64,000 nucleotides of DNA, from positions 4,781-68,780 of IMG/VR virus record IMGVR_UViG_3300046169_000109. One strand, written 5' to 3'. Shown one piece after another: positions 17,534 through 26,978 of the stretch (its first letter is position 1; every line of letters starts with the position of its first letter). The notes under the pieces are model-generated. The model was not told where the DNA came from and did not search any database. It was given only the letters and a program-made list of their open reading frames with translations. The stretch comes from a virus. A program made the position numbers and the translations under genes.

Positions 17534-18059
17534 GAGCGAAATGAAAGCGCTCGGCACTTTGTTCGAGCAGAGGTTCGTGCTCAAATGTCTTGAGCACGGG
17601 CTTCACCCGTTTAGCCCGATCGAGGAAGGTTTGCCTCAGGACATGCTAGTCATGAACCCGGCGAACGAGGTTCTTCGGATTCAGATCAAAGGGACTAAGA
17701 CACCCGTTAAGCAGTGGAAGACTGCTCGGTATAAAATCACCGCGGGCACCGGGAACAGCAGCAAGAAAGCGATCGATTGCGATCGTATCGATATTGTTGT
17801 AGCTCATGTCGATCCTGACATATGGTACATCGTTCCATGCCCCGAGCTTAAGTCGGTTAGCATGTGGCTCTACCCTACTGCCGAAAACTCTGTTGGTCAG
17901 TACGAACGCTTTAGAGATCGGTGGGATTTATTAACGGGGCACGGAGAAATAGCCGTTACGACGCAAGCGGACACGCACGGTTTCCTCGGAGACACCGAGA
18001 ATGCCTGCTATGATAGTTGGACTGAGACCGGCCTCGAATCGAGCGAAGATCATATTTGA
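17526..18059 (+). CDS. PD-(D/E)XK endonuclease (I-Ssp6803I-like)
   Basis: GTLFE, QDMLV, RIQIKGT, D....WYIVP; start moved to 17526. Confidence 0.75.
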   Translation: MAKSEMKALGTLFEQRFVLKCLEHGLHPFSPIEEGLPQDMLVMNPANEVLRIQIKGTKTPVKQWKTARYKITAGTGNSSKKAIDCDRIDIVVAHVDPDIWYIVPCPELKSVSMWLYPTAENSVGQYERFRDRWDLLTGHGEIAVTTQADTHGFLGDTENACYDSWTETGLESSEDHI

Positions 18060-18242
18060 ATAGAACCGCATTCGCTTTTTCATTTTCTTTTGATCAGCCA
18101 GGAATAGATATCCTTTTTTCCTAGGCTTTTGAGACTCTGGGGTCTCTAAAGAAAACGCCGCCCGAACTTCATCTGCTGAAAGCCCTAGTTTGTCTAGGAC
18201 CTTACTGGGCTCAGGACTTCTCTGCTTCTTCTTTTTCGGCAT
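17931..18242 (-). CDS. HTH DNA-binding protein (possible excisionase/regulator)
   Basis: GLSPTIIAGILGVSEETVRVRLRR; close to attP. Confidence 0.65.
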   Translation of the reverse strand: MPKKKKQRSPEPSKVLDKLGLSADEVRAAFSLETPESQKPRKKGYLFLADQKKMKKRMRFYSNMIFARFEAGLSPTIIAGILGVSEETVRVRLRRNGYFSVPR

Positions 18243-18489
18243 CGATTCTAAAAGCTGTAGATACCGATTGTTTGGCGGGGAATTCAACAACTCCTTCCGA
18301 CCAGATATCAGTGCTTGCTTTATCAAATTCGAAATGCACCCGAAAAATAATATCGGCAGTCATTTCATTTTCTAATGCACACAATCGAACCTGTGGAATT
18401 AACTCCTCAGCAATCTCTTTTGCCTGCAAAGATACAGCGTTTAACATGTCGTTTTCACTAGCCTTTTGAGCTTCTAACCAATCCTTCAT
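18211..18489 (-). CDS. hypothetical protein
   Basis: GGAGGG upstream of ATG; downstream of a consensus promoter. Confidence 0.7.
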   Translation of the reverse strand: MKDWLEAQKASENDMLNAVSLQAKEIAEELIPQVRLCALENEMTADIIFRVHFEFDKASTDIWSEGVVEFPAKQSVSTAFRIDAEKEEAEKS

Positions 18490-18547
18490 AGTCCCTCCAT
18501 TTTTGTTGCAGTGGTCACAAAGTCGCTACATTATGACCATTTCAACG

Positions 18548-18576
18548 AGTATAACATTGCATCACACCACTGTCAA
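18548..18576 (-). promoter_or_regulatory. consensus sigma70 promoter
   Basis: TTGACA-17 bp-TATACT, overlapped by a GTATAACA box. Confidence 0.75.
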
Positions 18577-18597
18577 CTTGCTGAATATCAACAACTT

Positions 18598-18637
18598 GCC
18601 CGGATGGCGGAATTGGTAGACGCGCTGGATTCAAAAT
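18598..18637 (+). pseudogene. 5' half of tRNA-Leu(CAA) (att core)
   Basis: GCCCGGATGGCGGAATTGGTAGACGCGCTGGATTCAAAAT; resemblance ends just after the anticodon loop. Confidence 0.9.
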
Positions 18638-18715
18638 TTGATATAAAGCACTAGTTGTAGGGGGTTTATGCGAAAACCCTAGACAAAATGCAGAGAAGAC
18701 ACAAAATGTAGTGCT

Positions 18716-19879
18716 ATGAACCACACACCAAGTAGTCACAAAGTCGCTACAGCACTTCGAGCAAAATCGAGAACTGGTACGCGAATCTATAAACGCAGCA
18801 AAAATGGAGGCTGGAATTTCAAGACCAAAGCGAATGGAAAAGTAAGATATTTCCCGCTCGGGATTGATAAGTCCCAAGCACTTGCTTTGGCCGATCAGAT
18901 ACGAGCACATTTAATACTTCACCCGTTTCGAGATGTGCAAGCGATGTTTAATAAAAAAGCATTCGCGTTGACCAAGCCTAAACCTCCGACCTTAGGCCAA
19001 TGTCTTGAGGCCTTAGCCATGAATCAAGTATCCGCAGGAATTACCGATACGACCCTGACTGGATATAGACAGGCTATTACTCGGTTGATTAAACAAGTCA
19101 TCGGAAAAGTTCCGGACGGCAGTTTTGATCTGTCCCTAATCGACGAGGATTTTATCCGAGAATATAAAAACCAAGCGCTTTCGGGCATTAGGGATGAGTC
19201 AAAGATCGCGAGTCGTAAGCGGACGGTCAACAGTCTCATGCGTCAGGTTAAGGCTGTGTTTGCCCGGCCTAAAATATTCAAGGATTTCGATATGGAGTTT
19301 GTCGAATCTATTAGATCTGAAGAGTTTTACACGAAGCTTAAAAAGCAGTACCGGTTACCACCAGAAAGTCTGATAAGTAAAACTTTTCAGTTATTTGAAG
19401 AGTCGGTTGGCGATGTTTATACCATGCTCGGGCTCAGTCTACATTTTGGATTGCGTAGAAACGAGGCGTTTCATTGTCGTAGAGATTGGTTTGATTTAGA
19501 TGGCGATCGCGCTCGTATAACTGTGGCGTCTGACAGAGACTTCAGACCGAAAGGTGGGCACGAAGGTTTTACTCTGGGGAGCAAGGTAATAGCCAAATCA
19601 ATTCTTAATAAGGCACCGGGCGACGATCTATTAATTACAACCCGAGCGGATTATGGACGGGTGCTCTTTGACGATTTAATTAAAAAGCTTCGAGCTATTG
19701 GCTGGGAAAGATTGAGCCCGCTGCATGAACTTAGAAAACTGTTTGGTTCTTATATAGCTACAACTGAAGGTATTTACATGTCCCAAAAATTCTTGAGGCA
19801 TGCTGATGCGAGTACCACTAACGACAGCTACGCGGATGTAATGGCCAACGATAAGATAAAAAACTTATGGGCTGCCTGA
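18716..19879 (+). CDS. int: tyrosine integrase
   Basis: GLRRNE, K, HELRK, LRHA..STT.DSY catalytic residues. Confidence 0.92.
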   Translation: MNHTPSSHKVATALRAKSRTGTRIYKRSKNGGWNFKTKANGKVRYFPLGIDKSQALALADQIRAHLILHPFRDVQAMFNKKAFALTKPKPPTLGQCLEALAMNQVSAGITDTTLTGYRQAITRLIKQVIGKVPDGSFDLSLIDEDFIREYKNQALSGIRDESKIASRKRTVNSLMRQVKAVFARPKIFKDFDMEFVESIRSEEFYTKLKKQYRLPPESLISKTFQLFEESVGDVYTMLGLSLHFGLRRNEAFHCRRDWFDLDGDRARITVASDRDFRPKGGHEGFTLGSKVIAKSILNKAPGDDLLITTRADYGRVLFDDLIKKLRAIGWERLSPLHELRKLFGSYIATTEGIYMSQKFLRHADASTTNDSYADVMANDKIKNLWAA

Positions 19880-19995
19880 CCAAATAATCGTTAATTTGAT
19901 TAGCATAAACATGATGTCTAGGATTGCTTCGCGCTCTAGAAAAAACATGACCATCACGACAATCCAATAGACTTCGCGTTGGACATTGTGCATCG

Positions 19996-20676
19996 CTAGA
20001 AAGATTTGCCGAGGTTGTACCCCACTGCCATTTCACGCATAGCCCATGGATAACCGCTATGGGTAGCTACAAACATTTTTATTTTAAACCTTCTACCTCG
20101 CAGATTGGTAAATACTTTTACGATCTCTTTGATCGGTCCTTTGTACTGCCCAGAAACTTTGCCTGAATCGTTTTGAATGTATAGCCAAGCATGCCCGATT
20201 GAGTTTGTGTGGAATGAAAGGTCTATTCTATAAACTTCTTTCTCCGCAGATTCAGATCCGAAGTGCATCCAGTTTGTTTCCGCTATCGAAAGGTAGCAGT
20301 CTTTAAACCATAAAGGGTTAGATATAGTCCCTACCCCCGTACTAGCTTCTTCGAAAGGGTTAGATAAATGTTTACCTCGGTACAAAAACGAACCGTCTTT
20401 AGTGGCTACGATTCCAGTTTGTGTATAAGGATCAAAGTTAAGGTTTGTATCGATAGGGTCTGACACCTCTGGAAAGACTGGATCGTTTAAATCAAGCAGG
20501 TCAGTTTTTAAAACCTCGTGGTCTTCTGAAATGCTGTAGATTTCAGAGGAGTTGTCCTTTATAGCGAGAGCGGTGACATCGAGCGGAAAAGGTCCTGCAA
20601 GTGAACTAGTCCGTTCGGTAAAACAGTAGGCTTTATATTTTGACGGTTTGGCCGCAGCTTCAATTGAATCGCTCAT
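19996..20676 (-). CDS. probable C-terminal part of the tail nozzle/stabilisation protein
   Basis: ETNWMHFG...KEVYRI...RGRRFKIK...W..REM.VGY resembles P22 gp10-type C-termini. Confidence 0.55.
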   Translation of the reverse strand: MSDSIEAAAKPSKYKAYCFTERTSSLAGPFPLDVTALAIKDNSSEIYSISEDHEVLKTDLLDLNDPVFPEVSDPIDTNLNFDPYTQTGIVATKDGSFLYRGKHLSNPFEEASTGVGTISNPLWFKDCYLSIAETNWMHFGSESAEKEVYRIDLSFHTNSIGHAWLYIQNDSGKVSGQYKGPIKEIVKVFTNLRGRRFKIKMFVATHSGYPWAMREMAVGYNLGKSF

Positions 20677-20828
20677 TTGTATGGAAAGTATTTGTTAAGG
20701 GTCGCCTGTCTTCGCTTGCAACCTCCGCATTGTCGTATACCTAGCTTGTCGGTTACTTTTTTAATCGAGTCTCCAAGACCTTTTGATTTCTCGGGCTCGG
20801 GTTTAGGTTTTTCGTTTTCTTTGTTCAT
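20673..20828 (-). CDS. small conserved phage protein (GLGD...CGGC..RQ..LN..FPY)
   Basis: 51 aa, translated by hand; TAATG and ATGA overlaps. Confidence 0.75.
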   Translation of the reverse strand: MNKENEKPKPEPEKSKGLGDSIKKVTDKLGIRQCGGCKRRQATLNKYFPYK

Positions 20829-23803
20829 TATTCGCAGTCGCATTGAGTTTTAACGCCCATGTCTGGTCCGATGTATATACAATCTATATCATAATCGAAA
20901 GTTATGTCATCGCATGGATCAGATCCGCCCGACCCGCAATCTGCTTGGCACTCTGCGCAGCTTGAATATGTGCCCATTTGCATACCATCTTCTACACACT
21001 CACCGTCTACGCAGTTAAAAGTAGCCTCTTCTTTCCAGTCTTCGCACTCCTGGAGTGTATCGAAGTCTCCCAAGGCTGACCCTCCATCGCTTACACACTC
21101 ACAATTTTCTAATATGTACTTGTGCACGGAACCCGGGTTGTCAGCGCCGGGGCGAACGTCAACAAAGCCCGCTTTTACGGTTATGTATGCTGAATGGTCA
21201 GTTACTAAAAGAGTTAGATCCGTAGGGTTATCTAATGCGCCTCCAACAAGTTGAACCTCTCCTGCAGGCGTACCAAGTCTCTCGGCTTCTGAAGTAGTGT
21301 TTAGATGCTTAACATCCCAGCTAGTAAACCCCCAACCTTCGTTAGCCACCGCGGACACGGTGTAAGCGGATCCATTCATAAAATGTCCGTTATCATTCCT
21401 TACGAGAATACCTGGATAATATACAGAATTAAGATGCCCGTTCCTCCCACCAATTTGAATTTCCTGGGCTCCAACATTGTGCGACACACCACTTTTTTGA
21501 CCTGTAGTCCCATAGTTTCTAATTTCTTCAACGGTGATTAAACCTCCAGGATCGCTGTACCCGAGATCATCACCTTGCCAACCTTTAAACTCGTTAGAAT
21601 TAGTATTTTCCTCAGATATTTCTACGACTATATATTTACTGTTGGCGTCAGGGGTAAAGTCATCCTCCTCTTCAATTATAGATGCGTCTAAATTTGTAGG
21701 TCCTAAGTAAGGAGGTACGGGGTTGTCAGACCACATAATGTCTACTTGAGCATTCTGATTAAAGTGCAGCCCTTCTATATGCGTTCCGTAGTACCAACGG
21801 TTTGTGCTATCCCAGTAAGGATCGTTACCTGGGTTAAATGTTACTTCTTGCGGCACATAAAATTTCTCAAAATATCCTGTTGCACCAACATGATTTGTTT
21901 CTGCAGTTACATTTAAAGTAATAATGTCCCCCGCACTTGAGTTAAGAGAGTACGCTGTTAAAAACGATCCCGTACTACTAAGAGTAACATTTTCATAAGA
22001 TGCATAACCTGACTTAGATGAGAAATTATTAGTCATAACATTCTCAACACGGGCGTTGAACGGGCCAATTTTTTCGATTGCCGACAGCCCTGTAGGCCCT
22101 TCATTCGGAGCTAGTATTTCTACCGCTAAATTTGTAGGTCCGACTTCTGGAGCTAAAACTTCTGCCGCTAAGTTTGTAGGCCCTGCTTCCGGAGGTAAAA
22201 CTTCGGCGTCTAAATTTGTAGGTCCTGCTTCCGGAGGGAGAATTTCTACCTGTAAATTTGTAGGTCCAACTTCTGGAGGTAAAACTTCAGCATCTAGATT
22301 TGTAGGTCCGACTTCCGGAGGTAAAACTTCAGCATCTAAATTTGTAGGTCCGACTTCTGGAGGGAGAATTTCTGCATGTAAGTTTGTAGGTCCGACTTCT
22401 GGAGGGAGAATTTCTGCCTGTAAATTTGTAGGTCCTTCTACCGGCTCCAATAATTCAGCCAGCAAGTTTGTAGGTCCAACCTCTGGCGGGAGAATTTCAG
22501 CATATAAATTTATAGGTCCGACTTCTGGAGGTATGATTGAGGCAGTGAGTTCGACTGGTCCAACCTTTGGAGCTAAAACTTCAGCCTCTAAATTTGTAGG
22601 TCCAAACTCTGGCGGAATTATTAACGCCTCTAGATTAGTAGGTCCGAAAAACGGGGCTAGTATACGAGCTATTAAATTCCTAGGTGCCCGCAATGGGGTT
22701 CTCGGTATTAGGTCAAAAGTTTTTTTTTCCTCTGACTCTACAAAGAACCAATACATACCGGTCTGCGGAGCGTATACAGCAAAAGACTTAGTAAGATCTG
22801 TAGGGTGTTCGTGCTCCCACACACCCTTACTTTTCCAATTAGCCTGATCCTCATCTGCTCTACTTCTTAAATCCTCCGACCCACGACTTGCGGCCTCATC
22901 CTTGTATACTTGGCCATCGTGCCCTACCCAATAAGTCAAAGATCCAGATGCACGGGAAACAACTTTTGAATTTACGGCTGCTGAGAAATTTGTAGCTGGT
23001 GCTTGTTCAACACGATATCCAGTATTTGCTTGGTCTGGAGCTGGTGCATAGAGAAGATGACATCCTTTGTCCGTATGTACTACTACCTGATCTCCACGGG
23101 TTGAAAGTGCTGTTATCTTGCTCGCATTCGAACCTAAAATGTCGACAGTCGAAAGAACGCCTCTGTTATAAGTTGTATCCTCAGTACTGTAAGGAGTATC
23201 TCTATATGGAGAGGTTAACCCAGCAGGTTCTGATATGTATACGGTTAATGGTTTATCTGGATTACCTGCTGCAAAGATTGTTTTTTTAGGGCCTTGTACA
23301 AAGAACTGGCATTTTGGAAACCTCGACCATTCTTGACTGTATAAACTTTCGTCTGGAAAAACTTCAAAAGTATCGTCTGGGCCTTTACCTACAAATATCG
23401 ATTCATTACTCCCATCTCCGACGGCATAAAGTTTATTACCTATTGGAGTAATATTTGCAGGACCTTCGGTATAAAGCGATGGATCTTCAAAGATAAATTC
23501 TTCCTGTTCAGTGAAATATTCTAACTCTGTATGCTCGGTCGTTAATAGCGCTATATCGTGTACTTCATTCTGTCGGGATACAAAGACTACGGAATTCCCC
23601 AATCCATCATCAGCGGATGATATTTTATTTTGGTCGCCATCTGCGACATATTGAACATCTCCGACTTTTTTCCACACAGGACCGCTACGCAAACCGCCCG
23701 GCCCATGCGGTAAGCAACCTTCGACTAAACGAAGGGAGCCGCGATCGGCGTCATCGCGATGCGCTTCGATCCCGGTGAAGGATGGTATCCGGAAAAACCT
23801 CAC
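20828..23803 (-). CDS. tail nozzle-like N-terminal domain + 14-aa repeat array + Cys-rich C-terminus
   Basis: N-terminal FTG...D, ITAL...VV.T..G propeller-like region; GPTNL repeats. Confidence 0.7.
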   Translation of the reverse strand: MRFFRIPSFTGIEAHRDDADRGSLRLVEGCLPHGPGGLRSGPVWKKVGDVQYVADGDQNKISSADDGLGNSVVFVSRQNEVHDIALLTTEHTELEYFTEQEEFIFEDPSLYTEGPANITPIGNKLYAVGDGSNESIFVGKGPDDTFEVFPDESLYSQEWSRFPKCQFFVQGPKKTIFAAGNPDKPLTVYISEPAGLTSPYRDTPYSTEDTTYNRGVLSTVDILGSNASKITALSTRGDQVVVHTDKGCHLLYAPAPDQANTGYRVEQAPATNFSAAVNSKVVSRASGSLTYWVGHDGQVYKDEAASRGSEDLRSRADEDQANWKSKGVWEHEHPTDLTKSFAVYAPQTGMYWFFVESEEKKTFDLIPRTPLRAPRNLIARILAPFFGPTNLEALIIPPEFGPTNLEAEVLAPKVGPVELTASIIPPEVGPINLYAEILPPEVGPTNLLAELLEPVEGPTNLQAEILPPEVGPTNLHAEILPPEVGPTNLDAEVLPPEVGPTNLDAEVLPPEVGPTNLQVEILPPEAGPTNLDAEVLPPEAGPTNLAAEVLAPEVGPTNLAVEILAPNEGPTGLSAIEKIGPFNARVENVMTNNFSSKSGYASYENVTLSSTGSFLTAYSLNSSAGDIITLNVTAETNHVGATGYFEKFYVPQEVTFNPGNDPYWDSTNRWYYGTHIEGLHFNQNAQVDIMWSDNPVPPYLGPTNLDASIIEEEDDFTPDANSKYIVVEISEENTNSNEFKGWQGDDLGYSDPGGLITVEEIRNYGTTGQKSGVSHNVGAQEIQIGGRNGHLNSVYYPGILVRNDNGHFMNGSAYTVSAVANEGWGFTSWDVKHLNTTSEAERLGTPAGEVQLVGGALDNPTDLTLLVTDHSAYITVKAGFVDVRPGADNPGSVHKYILENCECVSDGGSALGDFDTLQECEDWKEEATFNCVDGECVEDGMQMGTYSSCAECQADCGSGGSDPCDDITFDYDIDCIYIGPDMGVKTQCDCE
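22072..22701 (-). repeat. 15 x 42-bp coding tandem repeat (PPEVGPTNLxAExL)
   Basis: Directly visible; one further isolated copy at about 21674-21715. Confidence 0.95.
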
Positions 23804-23848
23804 CGCCTTATACTCTCCGCTTTCTCATTGTGTAGCAATCGCTTGGCA

Positions 23849-26800
23849 TTATGAGCATTGATTAATTGTCTCCTCTACCGAGTATGTATGTGGAGTATTA
23901 TATAACAAAGCACCCATCGGGTATGTCCCTAACGTTTTAGAGGGATTATTTTGCGGATCCGCCCAACCAAGCCCGGTCCTATCCCAGGCCAAGAGACTTT
24001 TATAGTACTGTTGACCCTGATGCGCGCCTGAATAAGTCAGATTACGCAAGCTGTTATCGATGTTATCTTCTAGAATTCGAGTATCGGTTTCAAAATTAGT
24101 CATATATTTATGACCATAAAGAGAATCCCCGTATATAGCCATACTCCAACGATTCCAAGTGTATGTACCTCTACCAGCTACGAACTTATTCATTGTAGGG
24201 TCTTCCGGATCAATCGTTAGATACCTTTGTTCTCCATTTTTGCTTATATAAAGCACCCTATCCTCGTAAATTTCTTCTAAAAGCCAGACATGTTCTATAT
24301 CATTATGCAGCTTAAGATAATGAGTCTCCATGGAAATATTGGAATATTTCATAAAATGACTATATGGGGACAATCCCTTATAAGGATTATCCGTCCATGT
24401 AAGTTCAACAAGGCATGCAGGAACGGTGCCTCCAGGTGTATATGTAAACGAATTAGTTCCGTCAAATCCTTCATATGGATCAATTGTAGTATTACAAAAT
24501 AGAGGGAGGGAGGGCGGCTTTGGGGTGCATGAGTTAAATATTCCGAATGCCGAGTAATCTAGATTACCGCTTATTAGAGGATATACAGGGACTTCTTGAT
24601 TTGGATTAACTTGTGGATTTGCCCAAGTATTTCCTGAACTAGATCGATCCCAGACCGCGAGACTTTTATAGTAGTTTTGACCCGCAGGTAGATTATCCAA
24701 GCTACTGTGGGGGGAATTTTCTATGATTCGATTACCCGATTTAAAATTACTGACATATTTAAGCCCCCAGGTGGATCCCCCGAGGTGCCCCACACTCCAA
24801 TGATTCCAAGTGTATGTACCTTTTAATCCTGCGAATTTATTCATTGTAGAATCGTTCGGATCAATCGTTACAAACCTTTGTTCTCCGTTATTGTTTATAT
24901 AAAGCACCCTATCCTCGTAAATTTCTTTTAAAAACCAGTAGACATGATCATCCCATTCAGCTGAAAATTTATCAAAGTCAGGACTGATGTTTGAGTAATT
25001 AGATACACTGTTGGGGTGCGAAGTGTTGTAATCAGGATTATCCGTCCATGTAAGTTCAACAAGGCACCCCGGAATTACGCCATTAGGTATATACTCGCTC
25101 GAGCCCGCATTGTTAGTACCGTCGAATCCCAAATAAGGGTCGCGAGTAGTATTACAAAATAGAGGGAGGGAGGGCGGCTCTGAACTAGGATCAGGTGCAA
25201 TGCAATAAGCACTGACATCTCTTCCACCTGACAGGCCGAACCATCTTAGATTAATAACATCTTCACCCGCAACCGTTCCTGTGTCTCTCCGAATAATATT
25301 TTTTTGAAAAGCATACCACAAAGGGTGCGAGTTAAATATGATCCCCCTGTCTGTCGTCGTACTGTTTGGATCCTTAAGAACGCGCAACGGTTGCCCATCA
25401 TCAGTATATACATTATCTCCTGAGATTACATCCATATGATGGTCCTTGAGCTCCTGTGTTACACGGGTAACAGAACTAGCTGACTTACCCCAATAATGTC
25501 TACCATCAAAACTTTCCCTTAATGTGCTACTGTTCTTAGTTAGGTTGGTCGTCCATCCATATTCTTCGGTAAATATATGAGCGCCATAAAATCCGTAGAA
25601 TATATCACCAATTCGATTTCCCTGAGCGTCGTAGTATGGTTCAAATGTAGAAAATATAATATCGGTTGATGGATCTCTGAAATTTACTACTCCGGCTGTT
25701 AATCCATAGGAGTATGTAACTTTTGTTTCGCTATGAACTTTATGAAGTCTCCAAGATATATAATTTCTTTCTCCAAACCATTCGGTCTGCTGACTATCTC
25801 CTGGCAATACGATCCCGGTTTTTGTCTTCCACATAAGATCCCATCCCTTAGGATTCGCGGGTTTATATAAAGTTTCTATTATAGTTTCTGGGATCTTTCC
25901 AGGATTTGAGTTCCAAGTGCTTGGAAAAATACCTCCGCTAAACGCGGTTTTACCCGCACACAAAACTACAAGATTAGTATTGGTTACTGGCTCGGGTAGA
26001 TCTTCCACCGTTAAATCGGGATCGTCATTTATAGCATCCCCAAGTTCATCAAGTAGGTCGTCGTACTCGTTATCTTCTGTGCTTATTGGTTGAGTATTAG
26101 AACATCCATTAAGCGAGTTTTTTTGAAGCTCTAAACCAGAGAGAATAGATTGATCAGTTTCTCCAGGCTTAATCATTGTAACCTCTCTGATAGCTAGTTT
26201 CTGAACACCTGCAGAAGTTGTAACCGAGTAGTAGATTTGGTAAGTTTCACTGACATATGCATCACCGTTAAAAAATACATTGTCAGATGATACACTAATG
26301 GACTCCCCACCACTTTCTCTCTGTACAAATATTTTTAAATCGTAATCAGTCCCCTCAATATTATAGCCTGCGTCTTTGGTAATATGTGAACCGCTTTCTG
26401 CATAATCCACCCCTGCATATATAGGTACTGTACCGTCTTCTGGATACTCCACATATAGTCTTGGGCAGCCGTACAATTCAAGCAAGGTCGGGCCTGCTTC
26501 TATAATAACCGTTCTAGTAGCAAACCCTATACGCTTACTATTGGATACCGCGTAGTAGAGGATAGAATAATTTCCTGTTGGTTGGGACGACCAACTATTT
26601 TCCTCTACAGAGGACACAGTTTTAACAGCTAAATTTGACCCCTCGCTACTTAGCTCGTTTGGACGACTAAGGGCATACGCACCTGGATCTACAAATTCTT
26701 GGCCCTGAATAATAGTTTCTACACTATCTCCATACAGATAGACTATAGGTTCTGGCGAATCATCTAAAGAACCCGCATCAGATACTGTAACTAGCCTAGA

Positions 26801-26977
26801 CTCAGTTATAGATTCAAATGGCTCAGGTTTTAAGTGTGTATATGTAATTACATACTCGCCAGGAGTTGTAACATCCACGGTACCGTTTACATATGTGGTA
26901 AAACCTTCTTTTCTTGGGGCTTGTTCCTTATAGTTTCCGCCCTGAGGTACAACAGTTTCGTAATCGTAGTTTGGCAT
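23849..26977 (-). CDS. tail/adhesin protein with DUF5011-like Ig domains and a duplicated C-terminal domain
   Basis: GTVDVTTPGEYVITY, P...L.G......G.EFVDPGA.A; two PPSLPLFCNTT units. Confidence 0.7.
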   Translation of the reverse strand: MPNYDYETVVPQGGNYKEQAPRKEGFTTYVNGTVDVTTPGEYVITYTHLKPEPFESITESRLVTVSDAGSLDDSPEPIVYLYGDSVETIIQGQEFVDPGAYALSRPNELSSEGSNLAVKTVSSVEENSWSSQPTGNYSILYYAVSNSKRIGFATRTVIIEAGPTLLELYGCPRLYVEYPEDGTVPIYAGVDYAESGSHITKDAGYNIEGTDYDLKIFVQRESGGESISVSSDNVFFNGDAYVSETYQIYYSVTTSAGVQKLAIREVTMIKPGETDQSILSGLELQKNSLNGCSNTQPISTEDNEYDDLLDELGDAINDDPDLTVEDLPEPVTNTNLVVLCAGKTAFSGGIFPSTWNSNPGKIPETIIETLYKPANPKGWDLMWKTKTGIVLPGDSQQTEWFGERNYISWRLHKVHSETKVTYSYGLTAGVVNFRDPSTDIIFSTFEPYYDAQGNRIGDIFYGFYGAHIFTEEYGWTTNLTKNSSTLRESFDGRHYWGKSASSVTRVTQELKDHHMDVISGDNVYTDDGQPLRVLKDPNSTTTDRGIIFNSHPLWYAFQKNIIRRDTGTVAGEDVINLRWFGLSGGRDVSAYCIAPDPSSEPPSLPLFCNTTRDPYLGFDGTNNAGSSEYIPNGVIPGCLVELTWTDNPDYNTSHPNSVSNYSNISPDFDKFSAEWDDHVYWFLKEIYEDRVLYINNNGEQRFVTIDPNDSTMNKFAGLKGTYTWNHWSVGHLGGSTWGLKYVSNFKSGNRIIENSPHSSLDNLPAGQNYYKSLAVWDRSSSGNTWANPQVNPNQEVPVYPLISGNLDYSAFGIFNSCTPKPPSLPLFCNTTIDPYEGFDGTNSFTYTPGGTVPACLVELTWTDNPYKGLSPYSHFMKYSNISMETHYLKLHNDIEHVWLLEEIYEDRVLYISKNGEQRYLTIDPEDPTMNKFVAGRGTYTWNRWSMAIYGDSLYGHKYMTNFETDTRILEDNIDNSLRNLTYSGAHQGQQYYKSLLAWDRTGLGWADPQNNPSKTLGTYPMGALLYNTPHTYSVEETINQCS

Positions 26978-26978
26978 A

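Larger units (their letters stand above)
18510..18751. mobile_element. attP: tRNA-Leu core, arm repeats and IHF site
   Basis: AGTRGTCACAAAGTCGCTACA at 18510-18530 and 18731-18751; TATCAACAACTTG at 18586-18598; adjacent to the integrase. Confidence 0.8.

Noticed and set aside
18598-18690. Complete tRNA-Leu gene
   Set aside because: No 3' anticodon stem, T arm or acceptor 3' strand
20676-20719. GCAAGCGAAG at position 44 from ATG 20676 as a late promoter
   Set aside because: The spacing fits, but the -35 is poor and the bases encode the conserved C-K-R-R of the upstream mini-protein, so it was not counted
22072-22701. 42-bp periodic repeat as a CRISPR array
   Set aside because: In-frame coding repeat with synonymous variation, no unique spacers and no cas operon
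22056-22847. Antisense ORFs here and at 41503..41940, 36306..36734 and across the giant gene
   Set aside because: Shadows of repetitive or codon-biased genes on the opposite strand
23849-25178. Duplicated region as a DGR template/variable repeat pair
   Set aside because: No reverse transcriptase in the window; both copies are coding and the differences are not adenine-specific
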